DNA of 64,000 nt, taken from Squalus acanthias. Taxonomy: Eukaryota. Within the stretch, counting starts at the first letter, position 1, and every line of letters starts with the position of its first letter. This document shows, one piece after another, positions 26,473 to 39,340 of the stretch. The stretch is taken from contig CM059440.1 in NCBI GenBank assembly GCA_030390025.1, forward strand, positions 67,146,001 through 67,210,000, read 5' to 3'. The notes beneath the pieces are model-generated. The model was given only the letters and a program-made list of their open reading frames with translations. It ran no database searches and was not told the origin of the DNA. A program made the position numbers and the translations under genes.

Positions 26473-28041
26473 AAGATACACAAAGCCAACACACCCGGAC
26501 GTCCTATCGTATCAGGCAACGGAACCCTGTGTGAGAACCTCTCTGGGTACGTCGAGGGCATCCTGAAACCCATCGTACAGGGAACCCCCAGCTTCTGTCG
26601 CGACACTACAGACTTCTTACAGAAACTCAGCACCCATGGACCAGTTGAACCAGGAACACTCCTCGCCACGATGGACGTATCGGCACTCTACACCAGTATC
26701 CCCCACGATGACGGCATCGCTGCGACAACCTCAGTACTCAACACCAACAACAGCCAATCTCCAGACGCCATCCTACAACTCATCCGCTTCATCCTTGACC
26801 ACAATGTCTTCACCTTCGACAGCCAGTTTTTTACCCAAACACACGGAACAGCCATGGGGACCAAATTCGCACCCCAATACGCCAACATCTTCATGCACAA
26901 GTTCGAGCAACACTTCTTCACTGCACAGGACCTCCAACCAACGCTATACACCAGATACATCGACGACATTTTCTTCCTTTGGACCCACGGCGAAGGATCA
27001 CTGAAAGGACTACACGATAACATCAATAGGTTCCATCCCACCATCAAACTCACCATGGACTACTCCTCAGAATCGGTTTCATTCTTGGACACACGAATCT
27101 CCATCAAAGACGGACACCTCAGCACTTCACTCTACCGCAAGCCCACGGACAACCTCACGATGCTCCACTTCTCCAGCTTCCACCCTAACCACGTTAAAGA
27201 AGCCATCCCCTATGGACAAGCCCTGCGAATACACAGGATCTGCTCAGACGAGGAGGAGCGCAATGGACACCTATGGATGCTGAAAGACGCCCTCGTAAGA
27301 ATGGGATATGACGCTCAACTCGTCGATCGACAGTTCCGACGGGCCACAGCGAAAAATTGCATCGACCTCCTCAGAAGGCGAACACGGGACACAACCAACA
27401 GAGTACCCTACGTCGTCCAGTACTTCCCCGGAGCGGAGAAACTACGCCATGTTCTTCGCAGCCTTCAACATGTCATCGATGATGACGAACACCTTGCTAA
27501 GGCCATCCCCACGCCTCCACTACTCGCCTTCAAGCAGCCGCCTAACCTCAAAAGTACCATCGTTTGCAGCATATTACCCAGCTGTCAGGAGAACAGCGAC
27601 CACGACACCACACAACCCTGCCACGGCAACCTCTGCAAGACATGCCAGATCATCAACACAGATACCATCATCACACGTGAGGACACTACCCACCAGCTAC
27701 ATGGTACATACTCATGTGACTCGGCCAACGTTGTCTACCTCATACGTTGCAGGAAAGAATGCACCGCAGCATGGTACATCGGCGAGACCATGCAGACACT
27801 GAGACAACGTATGAACGGACACCGCGCAACAATCGGCAGGCAGGATTGTTACCTCCCAGTCAGGGAACACTTCAGCAATCAAGGACATTCAGCCTCGGAT
27901 CTGCGGGTTAGCGTTCTCCAAGGTGGCCTTCGAGACACACGACAATGCAAAATCATCGAGCAGAAACTGATAGCTAAGTTACGCACCCATGAGGACGGCC
28001 TCAACCGGGATCTCGGTTTCATGTCACGCTACAGGACGTGA
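26473..28041 (+). CDS. Penelope reverse transcriptase + GIY-YIG endonuclease, open frame, N-terminally truncated
   Basis: KIHKANTPGRPIVSG, MDVSALYTSI, GTAMG, YTRYIDD, LYRKPTD, NVVYLIRC..WYIGET..R.NGH; the frame is open upstream of the listed ATG at 26671. Confidence 0.93.
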   Translation, partial: KIHKANTPGRPIVSGNGTLCENLSGYVEGILKPIVQGTPSFCRDTTDFLQKLSTHGPVEPGTLLATMDVSALYTSIPHDDGIAATTSVLNTNNSQSPDAILQLIRFILDHNVFTFDSQFFTQTHGTAMGTKFAPQYANIFMHKFEQHFFTAQDLQPTLYTRYIDDIFFLWTHGEGSLKGLHDNINRFHPTIKLTMDYSSESVSFLDTRISIKDGHLSTSLYRKPTDNLTMLHFSSFHPNHVKEAIPYGQALRIHRICSDEEERNGHLWMLKDALVRMGYDAQLVDRQFRRATAKNCIDLLRRRTRDTTNRVPYVVQYFPGAEKLRHVLRSLQHVIDDDEHLAKAIPTPPLLAFKQPPNLKSTIVCSILPSCQENSDHDTTQPCHGNLCKTCQIINTDTIITREDTTHQLHGTYSCDSANVVYLIRCRKECTAAWYIGETMQTLRQRMNGHRATIGRQDCYLPVREHFSNQGHSASDLRVSVLQGGLRDTRQCKIIEQKLIAKLRTHEDGLNRDLGFMSRYRT

Positions 28042-28263
28042 CTCGACGTCGTTGTCTGGTTCACAGATGTGATTTCCAGTTTTAAAAAAAAGTAAAAAGC
28101 TTAACTGCAGACTGCAGCATTTGACACGTTGGACCCCCTGTGACCCCACCTCATTGTCTTAGCTGTACTCTGCTGTGTCTTTGATGTAATGCCTCCCTGA
28201 CGGATTGTATCTCTGCAGACACATTGTTCTCTGTACTTTGTAACCGATTTGTATTCCCTCACT

Positions 28264-28300
28264 GTACCTGACGAAGGAGCAGCGCTCCGAAAGTTCGTAA
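28264..28300 (+). ncRNA. Hammerhead motif (family A) with mutated stem III palindrome (AGTT)
   Basis: gtac-CTGACGA-aggagcagcgctcc-GAAA-gtTC-gtaa. Confidence 0.65.
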
Positions 28301-29166
28301 TTTCAAATAAAACTGTTGGACTATAACCTGGTGTTGTGCGACTTCTCATTTTTGTCCACCCCAGTCCAACGCCGGCATCTCCACATCATCATTTATACAG
28401 GAAGAGTGCCTGAGTCACGAACCATACTGCAACAGAGAGGGTTTAAAGTTCAATTTATTCATCATCTCAAGATGTACACTAGTGATTTGAGGCCTGGAAA
28501 ATGTCAGACATTAATATTTCAGTAGCTAAACCTCATATTGGAATGATTTAATTAGTTGCAAAAGTAGAGACTTTTTGCAGTGAATGTATGGCATTTTGCA
28601 AAAAGCAAATCATTCCTGTTCCGCGAAAAGCCAATGATTATTAACATTTTTTTACATGGACTGAATTACAAAGCATAGCTGATGGTCAGGACAAAGCACC
28701 ATTCCAAACCAGCCTTTGGATATTCCAATAAGTGAAAATTCTGCTGCTGTTATTTTGCCATTATCGTTACACAACTCACAATTCTAGAACACAACAGGAA
28801 GGTTGTAATTTTCACAGCACTTAAAGAAAATACATTTTCTTTGACAATTTAATCTCAGCTCTGACATTATAGGATAAATTTTGCATGGCTTCACTTGTGG
28901 AGCCTTATTGGCTCAGAGTGCCGGTCATAACATCAAGTGTGGAGATAGGTAGCCCATTTCTTTCAGGCTGTGCTGCTGACAAGACCAAGCCTCCTTCGAG
29001 CTTTGAATAATATGCCAATGGATCCCATGCTAGATTTCATTATAAGGAAAAATTTGCAGGGCTATAGGGAAAGAGTGGGGAGTGGGACTAATTGGACAGC
29101 TCTTTCAAAGGGCCGGCACTGGCACGATGGGCTGAAAAGCCTCCTTCTGTGCTGTAAGATTCTACA

Positions 29167-29764
29167 GGGGAAAAATTCGGTGTTGCCCCTTTTGGGGCGC
29201 TAACGTCGCTGCGGCACTAATTTTAGCGCCTCGAAAAAATTAACTCCCCTCCACCTGAAATTCAGTAGTAGTGCCCCAAGCGCCACGTCACTGCAGGCCT
29301 CCCGCCCCTGATTAAAGGGGAGGGGCCTAGCGCTGCGCGCACCGGGGCCCTGCTGGACCACTGGGGAGCAGGGTGCTGTGAAAACAGCCTGGCACTCAAG
29401 AGGTATGCCGGGCTGAGCGATCGCAGCCGGCACCCCGAAGACAAAAGGCGAAGGGGGCAGGTGCTGGCAGTCGACCAAAAGAAAAATGGCTGCCCCACAC
29501 CTGCCCTTTAAGCAGCGCCGCCACAGCTCCATAAACGCCACCCTGACCCTCTCGGACATATCGTCCGGCGATAGGTCAGGGGGCGCAACCCAAGTCATCG
29601 CCAGAGGCGCAGCGCCACAGGGCGCTACTGGCTACCTGCTAACCTCCCACTGAATTTCACGGGAGGCGTTAGCAGTGCCGTGCTCGGGCGCTAGAGGATT
29701 TGCGCCCCATTAGCGCCCCCTGTGGGCACTAATGAGAGGCACAAATCTACCCAATTTTTCCCTC
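29167..29764. mobile_element. GC-rich MITE, uninterrupted relative of 9064-10638
   Basis: Colinear with 9064-9298 + 10128-10638; contains the empty site cccctgattaaagggg. Confidence 0.78.
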
Positions 29765-30149
29765 TACGATTCTATAAACAGGCACAGGCTGGCCTAGCTT
29801 TTAGAAGTAGATCTCTTAAAGCTGTTTCAATTGCTGTTGTCAGGCTTCATTTTTTTAATGAACTACCTAGTTCAAGGCTTCATTTTCTTTTTAACTTACT
29901 AGCTAGTGTCACTTGCATTTTTCCTTTGTTCAATAATTCCAATTGCTGTATACATCTGATATTTTTACATTGCAAAACTTTTAATTGTCACTCCTTTTCC
30001 TGCAATGGTTTTGCTTGTAGCTGCAATTTAACTTGCAGATAACCAACTTTCTCCTGATAGATATTCCTTTGGGGACGAGGGGAGAAGAGAATTAGTTGTG
30101 GTTACACCTCAAACCGTACGTCCTTACCTCAGGACCCACATTTACAGAG

Positions 30150-30410
30150 CCAGACAGATCCAGCAGGGTTTCTTTGAGAAAGGCTGTCACTGTGCTGTGC
30201 CACCTCATGAAGGCTGATCTACAGACAACTTCAGCAACAGGGGCATCTCTTCCCACAGCTGTGAAGGTCACCACTGCACTGACTTTCATGCAACCAAATT
30301 CTTTCAAGCCCATGTAGGGAACATATGTCAACTCAGCCTGTCTGCTGTCCATAGATGTCCCAAGGAAGTGACAGATGCTATGTTTGCAAGGGCCAATATA
30401 TTGATCACTT
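30150..30410 (+). pseudogene. Harbinger (HARBI1-like) transposase fragment
   Basis: LRKAVTVLCHLMKADLQ..SLPTAVKVTTALTF resembles the Harbinger transposase N-terminal HTH region; frameshifted. Confidence 0.6.
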
Positions 30411-32589
30411 ACTCCCTCTGGAAAGGAGACATCAGCTCAATGGCAATTTCTTTACAAAGATAATTGTTAGAGCATGGACTGCTTTGTCACAGGGAGCAGT
30501 TGAGGCGGAGACTATTGCATCGTTTAAGAGATGGAAATTTCCTTGATATTTCTTGCACTCCACCATCTTCGATGGAACCCCCTATTTTCGTGTGCTGAAA
30601 TAGAGCAAGATACAGGGAGAGAACAGGTCATTGTGATTCATTTTGGATTGCTCTAGTAAGAGCAGGCACAGCCATGCTGGGTTGAATGGCCTCTTTCTGT
30701 GCTGTAAACATTCTATGGTTCCACCCTTAGTTTAAAAAGCGGACAAGAGCAGCCACATCGTGAGAACACCATCATCTCCAAGTTCCCTTCCAAGTCACAC
30801 ACCATCCTTCCTTGGACAAACACCGCTGTTCCTTCATCGTCATTGGGTTAATATCTTAGAATTCTCTACCTAATGCCATTGTGGGAGTGCCAGCATCACA
30901 GGGGCTGCCGTGGGTCAAGGAGAAGGCCCACCATCATTGCTTTAGGGCAACTAAGGATGGCCAATAAATGTTGCGTTGCCGTGCATTGTCCATATCCTGA
31001 CTCAAGTTAAAAAAAATCTATAAGATTCTTACATCAAGTTGACAGCAAAATAAATACATATACATATAATTTTTGGATCATAATGTGTACTGATCCCTTG
31101 TAATTACAGCTGTATATTTTATTTTATGTTTATTTTTGACTGCATTCTTTCAAGAAGAGTCAAGTAAATATTTAATTTTCTTCTGAGTTAGAATCATAGT
31201 CAGACGCTTACCATGTATGTATTATTCAGTTTAGTGCAGCCTCTCCGATTATATACATGTAATATTCAAGAGCTTAGTGAATAATTAAAATATTGAAAAT
31301 AGTGATGATCCAAATGTATTCACACAAACCTAAATAAAGATTATTTTGAGCATGTGTCATGCATGATTATAGTGATGACCAAGCTGAGGATGCTGCTCAC
31401 GGTGTCTAACTTGCTACATTTGATCTGCATGGTACTTGCATGGAAACCGATATGGGAATGGATTGCACAGTGCGCCACAATGATGACATTATCAGTTGCA
31501 TAATTCCTCCTAAACTTCAGATAACCTGGGATTAATATATTTTATAAATGCTTTCTTTTCTAACCAGCCTTCAGAATCTGAACACCAAACCCAAAGATAA
31601 CTGTGGAATATTTTACATTGGTAATAGGTGGATGAAAATATAAGTCAAATATACTGTTAACAACCTCTCCTTATTCTCCTTCAAATACTGCTATTGTCAC
31701 TGTCAAAAGTTACTGTGAGGATATCAATCAAGTATGAAATGTTCAGCATTTAATGGATTAAATCCCAAATGATGTTGGTCAGTAGGTGAGTACAGACACC
31801 AGACTAATAAATCATGGTCTTTGTGGAGCTCACAGCAGCAAATTAGAGATTGATTTAACATTATTCGTCTGAGGATTGATATTATCTGTAAATTAACTCA
31901 GAAAATGATGTTTCAAAATATGATAGATTTATGTCATACACAATTATATGTTAAACATACAGATACATGCTATAAACAAATATAATGACCGAAGGAAATG
32001 TATATATGGGAAAGAAATTTGGGGAAGCCCATTTTTAGTGCTAACTGCCTCAGGGCAAACCAATATTGCAGCAGGGACCTAAAACAGGGCGTTAGGCCCC
32101 TTATTAGCATATGCAAATGAACTAACGCCTGCTACAGGCGTGGGAAAAGGACGCCTCTTTATCCTTACCCAATATGGCTGGGTGGCGCGCTTCTGGTCTG
32201 AAGTGCGTGCTCGCTTCCTGCCCGCCATTTTAGGGCCTCAGGAGGCTGCATAGCGCCTGCAAAATGGGGGGAGGGGTAGATTTCAGACACTTTTGACAAT
32301 TATTTTTCCTCTAAAGTTTTTCCTCTATATTGTACTTGACTCTTATCTGCTTTTTATTGTCCCACTCTTCTTGACTCTGTTTTATTCCCTCCAAGATCTA
32401 TCTGAACCTTTCTTCTCTGACTTTATGTTGGTGGACATAAAGCCTGATATTAAACTCTAGTTCACAGTTTTCCACTTGTAACGGGTGCAGTAAGTTTCTG
32501 TTTCATCTACATGCTGCCCCTCGGCGATATTATCCGAAAGCACATCAAGTTCCACCTAGCTCTACCTCACCACCACCTCTCTTGACCCT

Positions 32590-33160
32590 TCCACTGTCGC
32601 TGATTTGTCACACTGCTTATCCGACATCCAGTACTGGATGAGCAGAAATTTACTCCAACTAAATATTGGGAAGACCGAAGCCATTATCTTTGGTCACCGC
32701 CACAACCTCTGTTCCTAGCTACTGACTCCATCCCTCTCCCTGACAACTGTCTGAGGCTGAACCACACTGTTCACAATATTGGTGTCATATTTGACCCCGA
32801 GCTGAGCTTCCGACCACATATTCGCTCCATCACCAAGACCGCTTACTTCCACCTCCGTAACATCGTCCGTCTCCGCCCCTGCCTCAGCTCATCTGCTGCT
32901 GAAAGCCTCATCCATGCCTTTGTAACCTCTAGACTGGACTATTCCAATGCATTCCTGGCCGGCCTCCCATCTTCCACCCTACCTAAACTTGAGCTCATCC
33001 TTTATAAAACCTATCTCTTTGACCAAGCTTTTGATCACCTGTCCTAATATCTCCTTATGTGGCTCAGTGTCAAATTCTATTTGATAATTGCTCCTGCATT
33101 TATACATCGCCTTGGGATGTTTTACTACATTAAAGGTGCTGTATAAATGCAAGCTGTTGA
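32590..33160 (+). mobile_element. L2 LINE 3' fragment (other L2 tails at ~12620-14895, 23584-23733, 38430-38690)
   Basis: LSHCLSDIQYWMSRNLLQLNIGKTEAIIFG, IHAFVTSRLDYSNA; tail aaaggtgctgtataaatgcaag. Confidence 0.85.
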
Positions 33161-34104
33161 AACTTCTGCTAGTAATAGATGAGAGCAGTGCATAGGAAAA
33201 TGTGGAACTTAGCCTAGCGAGACTGCTCTTCTAATAAACCACATCCAAATCTACACATGGGCTCATAGAGAGCAGATTATATTTATATTCTTAAATATTT
33301 TTGTAGTATGTGATTCAATTAAAAAAATAAAATGTTATTCACTAATAAACTGCATACTTTATTATATAACTTTCATTGTCTAAGACCATTACTTTTTGAT
33401 AATCTGCATACACTAGTTAGTAGTATAGCAGCAAAGCATAGTTCCTATCTGCTAATACTTAAAATACACAGAAAAATCCTTATTATGAAAAGCATCCAAT
33501 TGATTCTCGATGGAGTATGTTAGCAATATAGCATTATTTTGGCAACTGTTGCCTTTCATTTCTTTGGGAGACTAATGTTTGATGGTAAATGCTCTTCAAG
33601 GTGAGGGTGACTGTATCATGAAATAAAATCTTTTTCTACAGTTCACCCATTAATAACATCAAATAGTCCAACACTGGGTACGGCAGAGACAACATACTTG
33701 AAAAACTCTTCCCACACGGCACTAATAGCTCACCTCAAAATTAACGCCTTCTAGGCCTGTGCAAAGTCATGGGGGGAAAATTTGGTTGCTTTGCGCCTCC
33801 TGTTAGCGCCCTAAGAGGGCGCTAATGGGGCGCAAAACAACTAGCTCCTGGGTGTGGTGGTGTTTGCGCTGCTCGCGAAATTTACCAGACATTTTGAGGC
33901 GGCGCTAAACACTACTGCCACGCTCTCCTGCGCCCGCAGATCGTGACGTCAGTCGAGTGCGCAACGCCCTGGTAGCGCCCTGGACCGGATATTGAGTGGT
34001 GCCCCCTGCCTTACTGCCTGCCACTAGCAACGACAGGTTGAGGGGAGCGTTTTGCAGTCGGGAAGGGACTGGGGGAGCGTTATTTAAAGGCGACCGCCCA
34101 AAAC

Positions 34105-34405
34105 CTTAAATCTGTGTCTAGCCTATCCAAACCCGTCATAATCTTGTACACCTCATCAAATCACCCCTGAACCTCCTTTGCTCTAATGAAAACAAATTCA
34201 GCTTCTCCAACCTGTCCTTGTAGCTAAGATCCCCCATCCCCGGAACCATTCTGGTAAACCTCCTCTGCACCCTCTCAAGTGCCTTCACATCCTTCTTAAA
34301 GTGTGGTGACCAGAACTGGACACAATACTCCAGTTGTGGCCTAACCAGCGCTTTATAAAGGTTCAGCATAACTTCTCTACTTTTGTACTCAATACCTCGA
34401 TTTAT
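34105..34405 (-). mobile_element. CR1 RT C-terminal fragment
   Basis: LYKALVRPQLEYCVQFWSPHF. Confidence 0.88.
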
Positions 34406-35151
34406 GATTTATCTCTGTTTCCAATACTTTCTATGAGCTTCTCAGAGATTGCTGCATTATTGCAAATGAATTCCAGATTCGAGACAAACTTGTGTTGTGC
34501 TGTTGAAACCATTCAACTAATTTCACTTCCCACTTTTAGTGGTCATTAGAGATAGGAGACTAACTATTTATCTGAAATGGATGCATACCTAGGACACAGA
34601 GGTGATTTATGCACTTTGAGCCTCTAAGTTAACATATCAAATTTCTAAATTTACCTCAGAAAATAGCCTGTTAGCGAATCTTTATCCCCAGGGGTAGCGT
34701 AAGTTTAAATAAAATGGAAATGTCATCTGAAACTACTGGAGAATTATAATCAATAGTTCAGAAATTGAAGTGCATGACCTCGCATTTTCAAACACACTTG
34801 TCCAGGAGGACTAAACCAATAGCTGTCTACAATAAATGAAAATTAATGTGAAAAATTGGATCTTGTCTTTTTACGTTAAAAATGGATGTCTATTTTTTTT
34901 TGCAGTCTGTGGAATATTATTTGGGTTAGACACAGCACGGCAGCCTGAAAGTAATGAGCTCTATGTTTCCTAGCAACTTTCAATTAATCAATTTTGGATT
35001 TTGTTATTTGATAAAATATGTTAATAATGGGCTTTTAAAAGAAAGAAAATCATGAAACTATAGATCAATGGACACAAGAAAGATAAGTGCAATGTTACTC
35101 GCTACTCACCAATGGTCTGTTATTTGACTTTGCAAATAACAATCATTAATA

Positions 35152-38100
35152 AGAACATAAGAAATAGGAGCAGGAGTAGGCCAATCGGCACCTCGAGCCT
35201 GCTCCGCCATTCAATAAGATCATGGCTGATCTGATCCTAACCTCAAATCTAAAGAACACAAGAAGTAGGAGCAGGACCCGGCCACTCAGCCCCTGGGCCC
35301 GCTCCGCCACCCACAGGGCCTCGACCGATCCGAACTCAGCCTCATGTCCAATTTCCTGCCCGCTCCCCGTAACCCCTAATTCCCTTTACTTCTAGGAAAC
35401 TGTCTATTTCTGTTTTAAATTTATTTAATGATGTAGCTTCCACAGCTTCCTGGGGCAGCAAATTCCACAGACCTACTACCCTCTGAGTGAAGAAGTTTCT
35501 CCTCATCTCAGTTTTGAAAGAGCAGCCCCTTATTCTAAGATTATGCCCCCAGTTCTAGTTTCACCCATCCTTGGGAACATCCTTACCGCATCCACCCGAT
35601 CAAGCCCCTTCACAATCTTATATGTTTCAATAAGATCGCCTCTCATTCTTCTGAACTCCAATGAGTAGAGTCCCAATCTACTCAACCTCTCCTCATATGT
35701 CCACCCCCTCATCCCCGGGATTAACCGAGTGAACCTTCTTTGTACTGCCTCGAGAGCAAGTATGTCTTTTCTTAAGTATGGACACCAAAACTGTATGCAG
35801 TATTCCAGGTGCGGTCTCACCAATACCTTATATAACTGCAGCAATACCTCCCTGTTTTTATAATCTATCCCCCTAGCAATAAAAGCCAACATTCCGTTGG
35901 CCTTCTTGATCACCTGCTGCACCTGCATACTAACTTTTTGATTTTCTTGAACTAGAACCCCCAGATCCCTTTGTACTGCAGTACTTTCCAGTTTCTCGCC
36001 ATTAAGATAATAACTTGCTCTCTGATTTTTCCTGCCAAAGTGCATAACCTCACATTTTCCAATATTGTATTGCATCCGCCAAATCTCCGCCCACTCACCC
36101 AGCCTGTCTATATCCCCTTGCAGGTTTTTTATGTCCTCCTCCCTTTCTACTTTCCCTCCCATCTTTGTATCATCTGCAAACTTTGATATGTTACACTCGG
36201 TCCCCTCCTCCAAATCGTTAAAATAGATTGTAAAGAGTTGGGGACCCAGCACCGACCCCTGCGGAACACCACTGGCTACTGGTTGCCAGTCCGAGAATGA
36301 ACCATTTATCCCAACTCTCTGCTTCCTGTTAGATAACTAATCCTCCACCCATGCCAGAATATTACCCCCAATCCCGTGATTTTTTATCTTGAGCAATAAT
36401 CTTTTATGTGGCACCTTGTCGAATGCCTTCTGGAAGTCTAAATACACTACGTCCACTGGTTCCTCTTTATCCACCCTGTACGTTATGTCCTCAAAGAACT
36501 CAAGCAAATTTGTCAGACATGACTTCCCCTTCATAAAGCCATGCTGACTGTGTCCTATTAAATTATGTTTATCTAAATGTTCCGTTACTGTCTCCTTAAT
36601 AATAGACTCCAAAATTTTACCCACCACAGATGTTAGGCTAACTGGTCTATAATTTCCAGCCTTCTGCCTACTACCCTTTTTAAATAAGGGTGTTACATTA
36701 GCAGTTTTCCAATCTGCCGGGACCTTTGCTGAGTCCAGGGAATTTTGGAAAATTATTACCAAAGCATCCACAATCCCTACTGCCACTTCCCTCAAGACCC
36801 TAGGATGTAAGCCATCAGGTCCAGGGGATTTATCCGCCTTGAGTCCCATTATTTTACTGAGTACCAATTCCTTAGTGATTTTAATCGTATTTAGCTCCTC
36901 CCCTCCTAGAGCCCCTGTTTGTCCAGTGTTGGGATATTCTTAGTGTCCTCTACCGTAAAGACTGAAACAAAATATTTATTCAGCATTTTTGCCATCTCCA
37001 TGTTTCCCACCATTAATTTCCCGGTCTCATCCTCTAAGGGACCTACGTTTGCCTTAACCACCCTTTTTCTTTTTATATAACTATAGAAACTCTTGCTATC
37101 TGTTTTTATATTTTTTGCTAATTTATTTTCATAATGTATCTTCCCTTTCTTAATCAATCCTTTAGTTACTTTTTGCTGTCTTTTGAAGACTTCCCAATCT
37201 TCTATCCTCCCACTAAGTTTGGCTACCTTGTACGTCCTTGTTTTTAGTTGGATACTATCCTTAATTTCTTTACTTAGCCACAGATGGCTGTCATTTCTTT
37301 TACACCCCTTTTTCCTCAGTGGAATATTTTTTTTTTGAAAGTTGTAAAATAACTCCTTAAATGAACACCACTGCTCATGTACCGTCTTACCCTTTAATCT
37401 ATTTTCCCAGTCCACTTTAATCAATTCTGCTCTCATACCATCATAGTCTCCTTTATTCAAGCTCAGTACGCTTGTTTGAGAACCAACCTTCTCACCCTCT
37501 AATTGAATAAGGAATTCAACCATGTTATGGTCACTCATTCCAAGGGGATCCTTAACTAGGACATTATTAATTAATCCTGACTCATTATACAGGACCAGGT
37601 CCAAGGTTGCTTGCCCCCTTGTAGGATCAGTTACATACTGCTCAAGAAATCCATCCCTAATACACTCAATAAACTCTTCCTCAAGGCTGCCCTGCCCAAG
37701 TTGATTTGTCCAGTTAATATGATAGTTAAAATCCCCCATAATTATAGCTGTTCCCTTATTACATGCCCCAACTATTTCCTGATTAATACTTCTTCCAGCA
37801 GAGTTGCAACTATTAGGAGGCCTATATACTACTCCCACTAGTGTTTTTTCCCCTTATTATTCCTTATCTCCACCCAAACTGTTTCATTATCCTGATCCTT
37901 TGACCCAATATCATTTCTCTGTATTATAGTGATTCCTTCCTTTATTAACATAGCCACCCCACCTCCCCTTCCTTCTGCCTGTCCTTCCTGATTGTTAAAT
38001 ACCCTGGCATATTTAATTCCCAGTCGTTGTCACCCTGCAGCCATGTTTCTGTAATGGCCACAAGATCATACCCATACGTAGTTATTTGTGCCGTTAACTC

Positions 38101-38425
38101 GTCCATTTTGTTACGAATGCTACGTGCATTCAGATAAAGAACTTTCAAATATGTTTTGTGACACTTAGTTCCTGCTTTTTCCTTTTTTAACACTTTACCT
38201 TTTACTCCATACCTTCTGTCCCTTCCTGACACGCTTTCCTCTGTCTCCCTGCTCAGGTGCCCAACCCCCTGCCACTTTAGTTTAAACCCTCCCCAACAGC
38301 ACTAGCAAACACTCCCCCTAGGACAGCGGTCCCGGCCCTGCCCAGGTGCAGACCGTCCGGTTTGTACTGGTCCCACCTCCCCCAGAACCGGTTCCAATGT
38401 CCCAGGAATTTGAATCCCTCCCCCT
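35152..38425 (-). mobile_element. CR1 LINE, near-complete ORF2 (APE+RT), frameshifted
   Basis: YLNARSIRNK, VAITETWL, VYRPPN, GDFN, SDHN, KSPGPDGLHP, LDFQKAFDKVPH, KFADD, VRPHLEYC; (TTCTTATG)-type tail. Confidence 0.95.
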
Positions 38426-39014
38426 TATGAAGGATGACTAAAAGCGATAGGTTTTAAGGAGGATCTTAAAGGAGGAGAGGTTTAGGGAGGGAATTCTAGC
38501 GCTTATAGGGCCTAAACGGCTGAAGGCATGGCCACCAATGGTGGGTGAAAGGCGTGGCGATGCACAAGAGGCCGGAATTGGAGGAAGGCAAACATCATGG
38601 AGGGTTGTAGGGCCGGAGGGGGTTACAGAGAAAGGGTGAGGCCATGGACAGATTTGAACACAAGGATGAGAATTTTAAATGGGCGGCGTTGGGCAGTACT
38701 TAAAAAGGAACAGAAGAAAGAAGGGTGGAGAACACACAAAAGAAAAGAAATAGAAAGACCTATAAATTGCTAAGGAGTGAACAGGAGATGATTATATTAT
38801 GTAAGTGATACTAGCATGATGCAACTTTTTTGTTTCTAAGCAACAGCTGCTTTTGTGTCAATAGTTTAAAATGTACCCTGGACCCATGTGACTTTGAAAG
38901 TATAGTACAGGCAACCACAGTGAAGCAACAGTGAAATAAATAAACCATTTACGATTTGATTGCCATTAGCTTTTACAGATGGAATGTATTTCAGTGTTTG
39001 AACTTTGTTTCTAA

Positions 39015-39340
39015 GCTTAATGGTTATGGCACTAGATCAGCAATGCAAAGGTCATGAGTGCAAATCCCACGTGGCAAGTTGTGAAATTGAATTCAATGAA
39101 AATCTAGTAATATGTGGACTAGCACCAGAAAAATGGCTATTAAAGCTTTTGGATTGTTGTAAAACACCAACTGATTCACTAATGTCCTCAGGGAAGGGAG
39201 TTGCTGCCCCATCTGGTCTGGCCTACACGTGACTCCAGTCCCACATTATGTAGCTGAGCCTTAATACTTCAAGAAACTTGGCGATGGGCAATAAATACTG
39301 CCTCGCCAATGTTGCCCACATCCCAAGAACAAGGAAAAAA
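39015..39340 (+). mobile_element. SINE sharing head/body with 44336-44585 and tail with 57250-57279
   Basis: ttcactaatgtcct..gggaagg..tggtctggccta..gtgactccag..ccaca, then gatgggcaataaat..gcccacatccca. Confidence 0.75.

Larger units (their letters stand above)
24574..28387 (+). mobile_element. Penelope-like retroelement (family A), 5'-truncated, with inverted 3' copy (pLTR) at the left end
   Basis: RT+GIY-YIG frame; 25801-26471 is an inverted copy of ~27578-28235; 12-bp TSD ATCATTTATACA at 24562-24573 and 28388-28399. Confidence 0.95.

Noticed and set aside
25962-26669. 235-aa minus-strand ORF as a novel fusion protein
   Set aside because: It only reads across the Penelope inversion junction (antisense RT joined to the inverted GIY-YIG).
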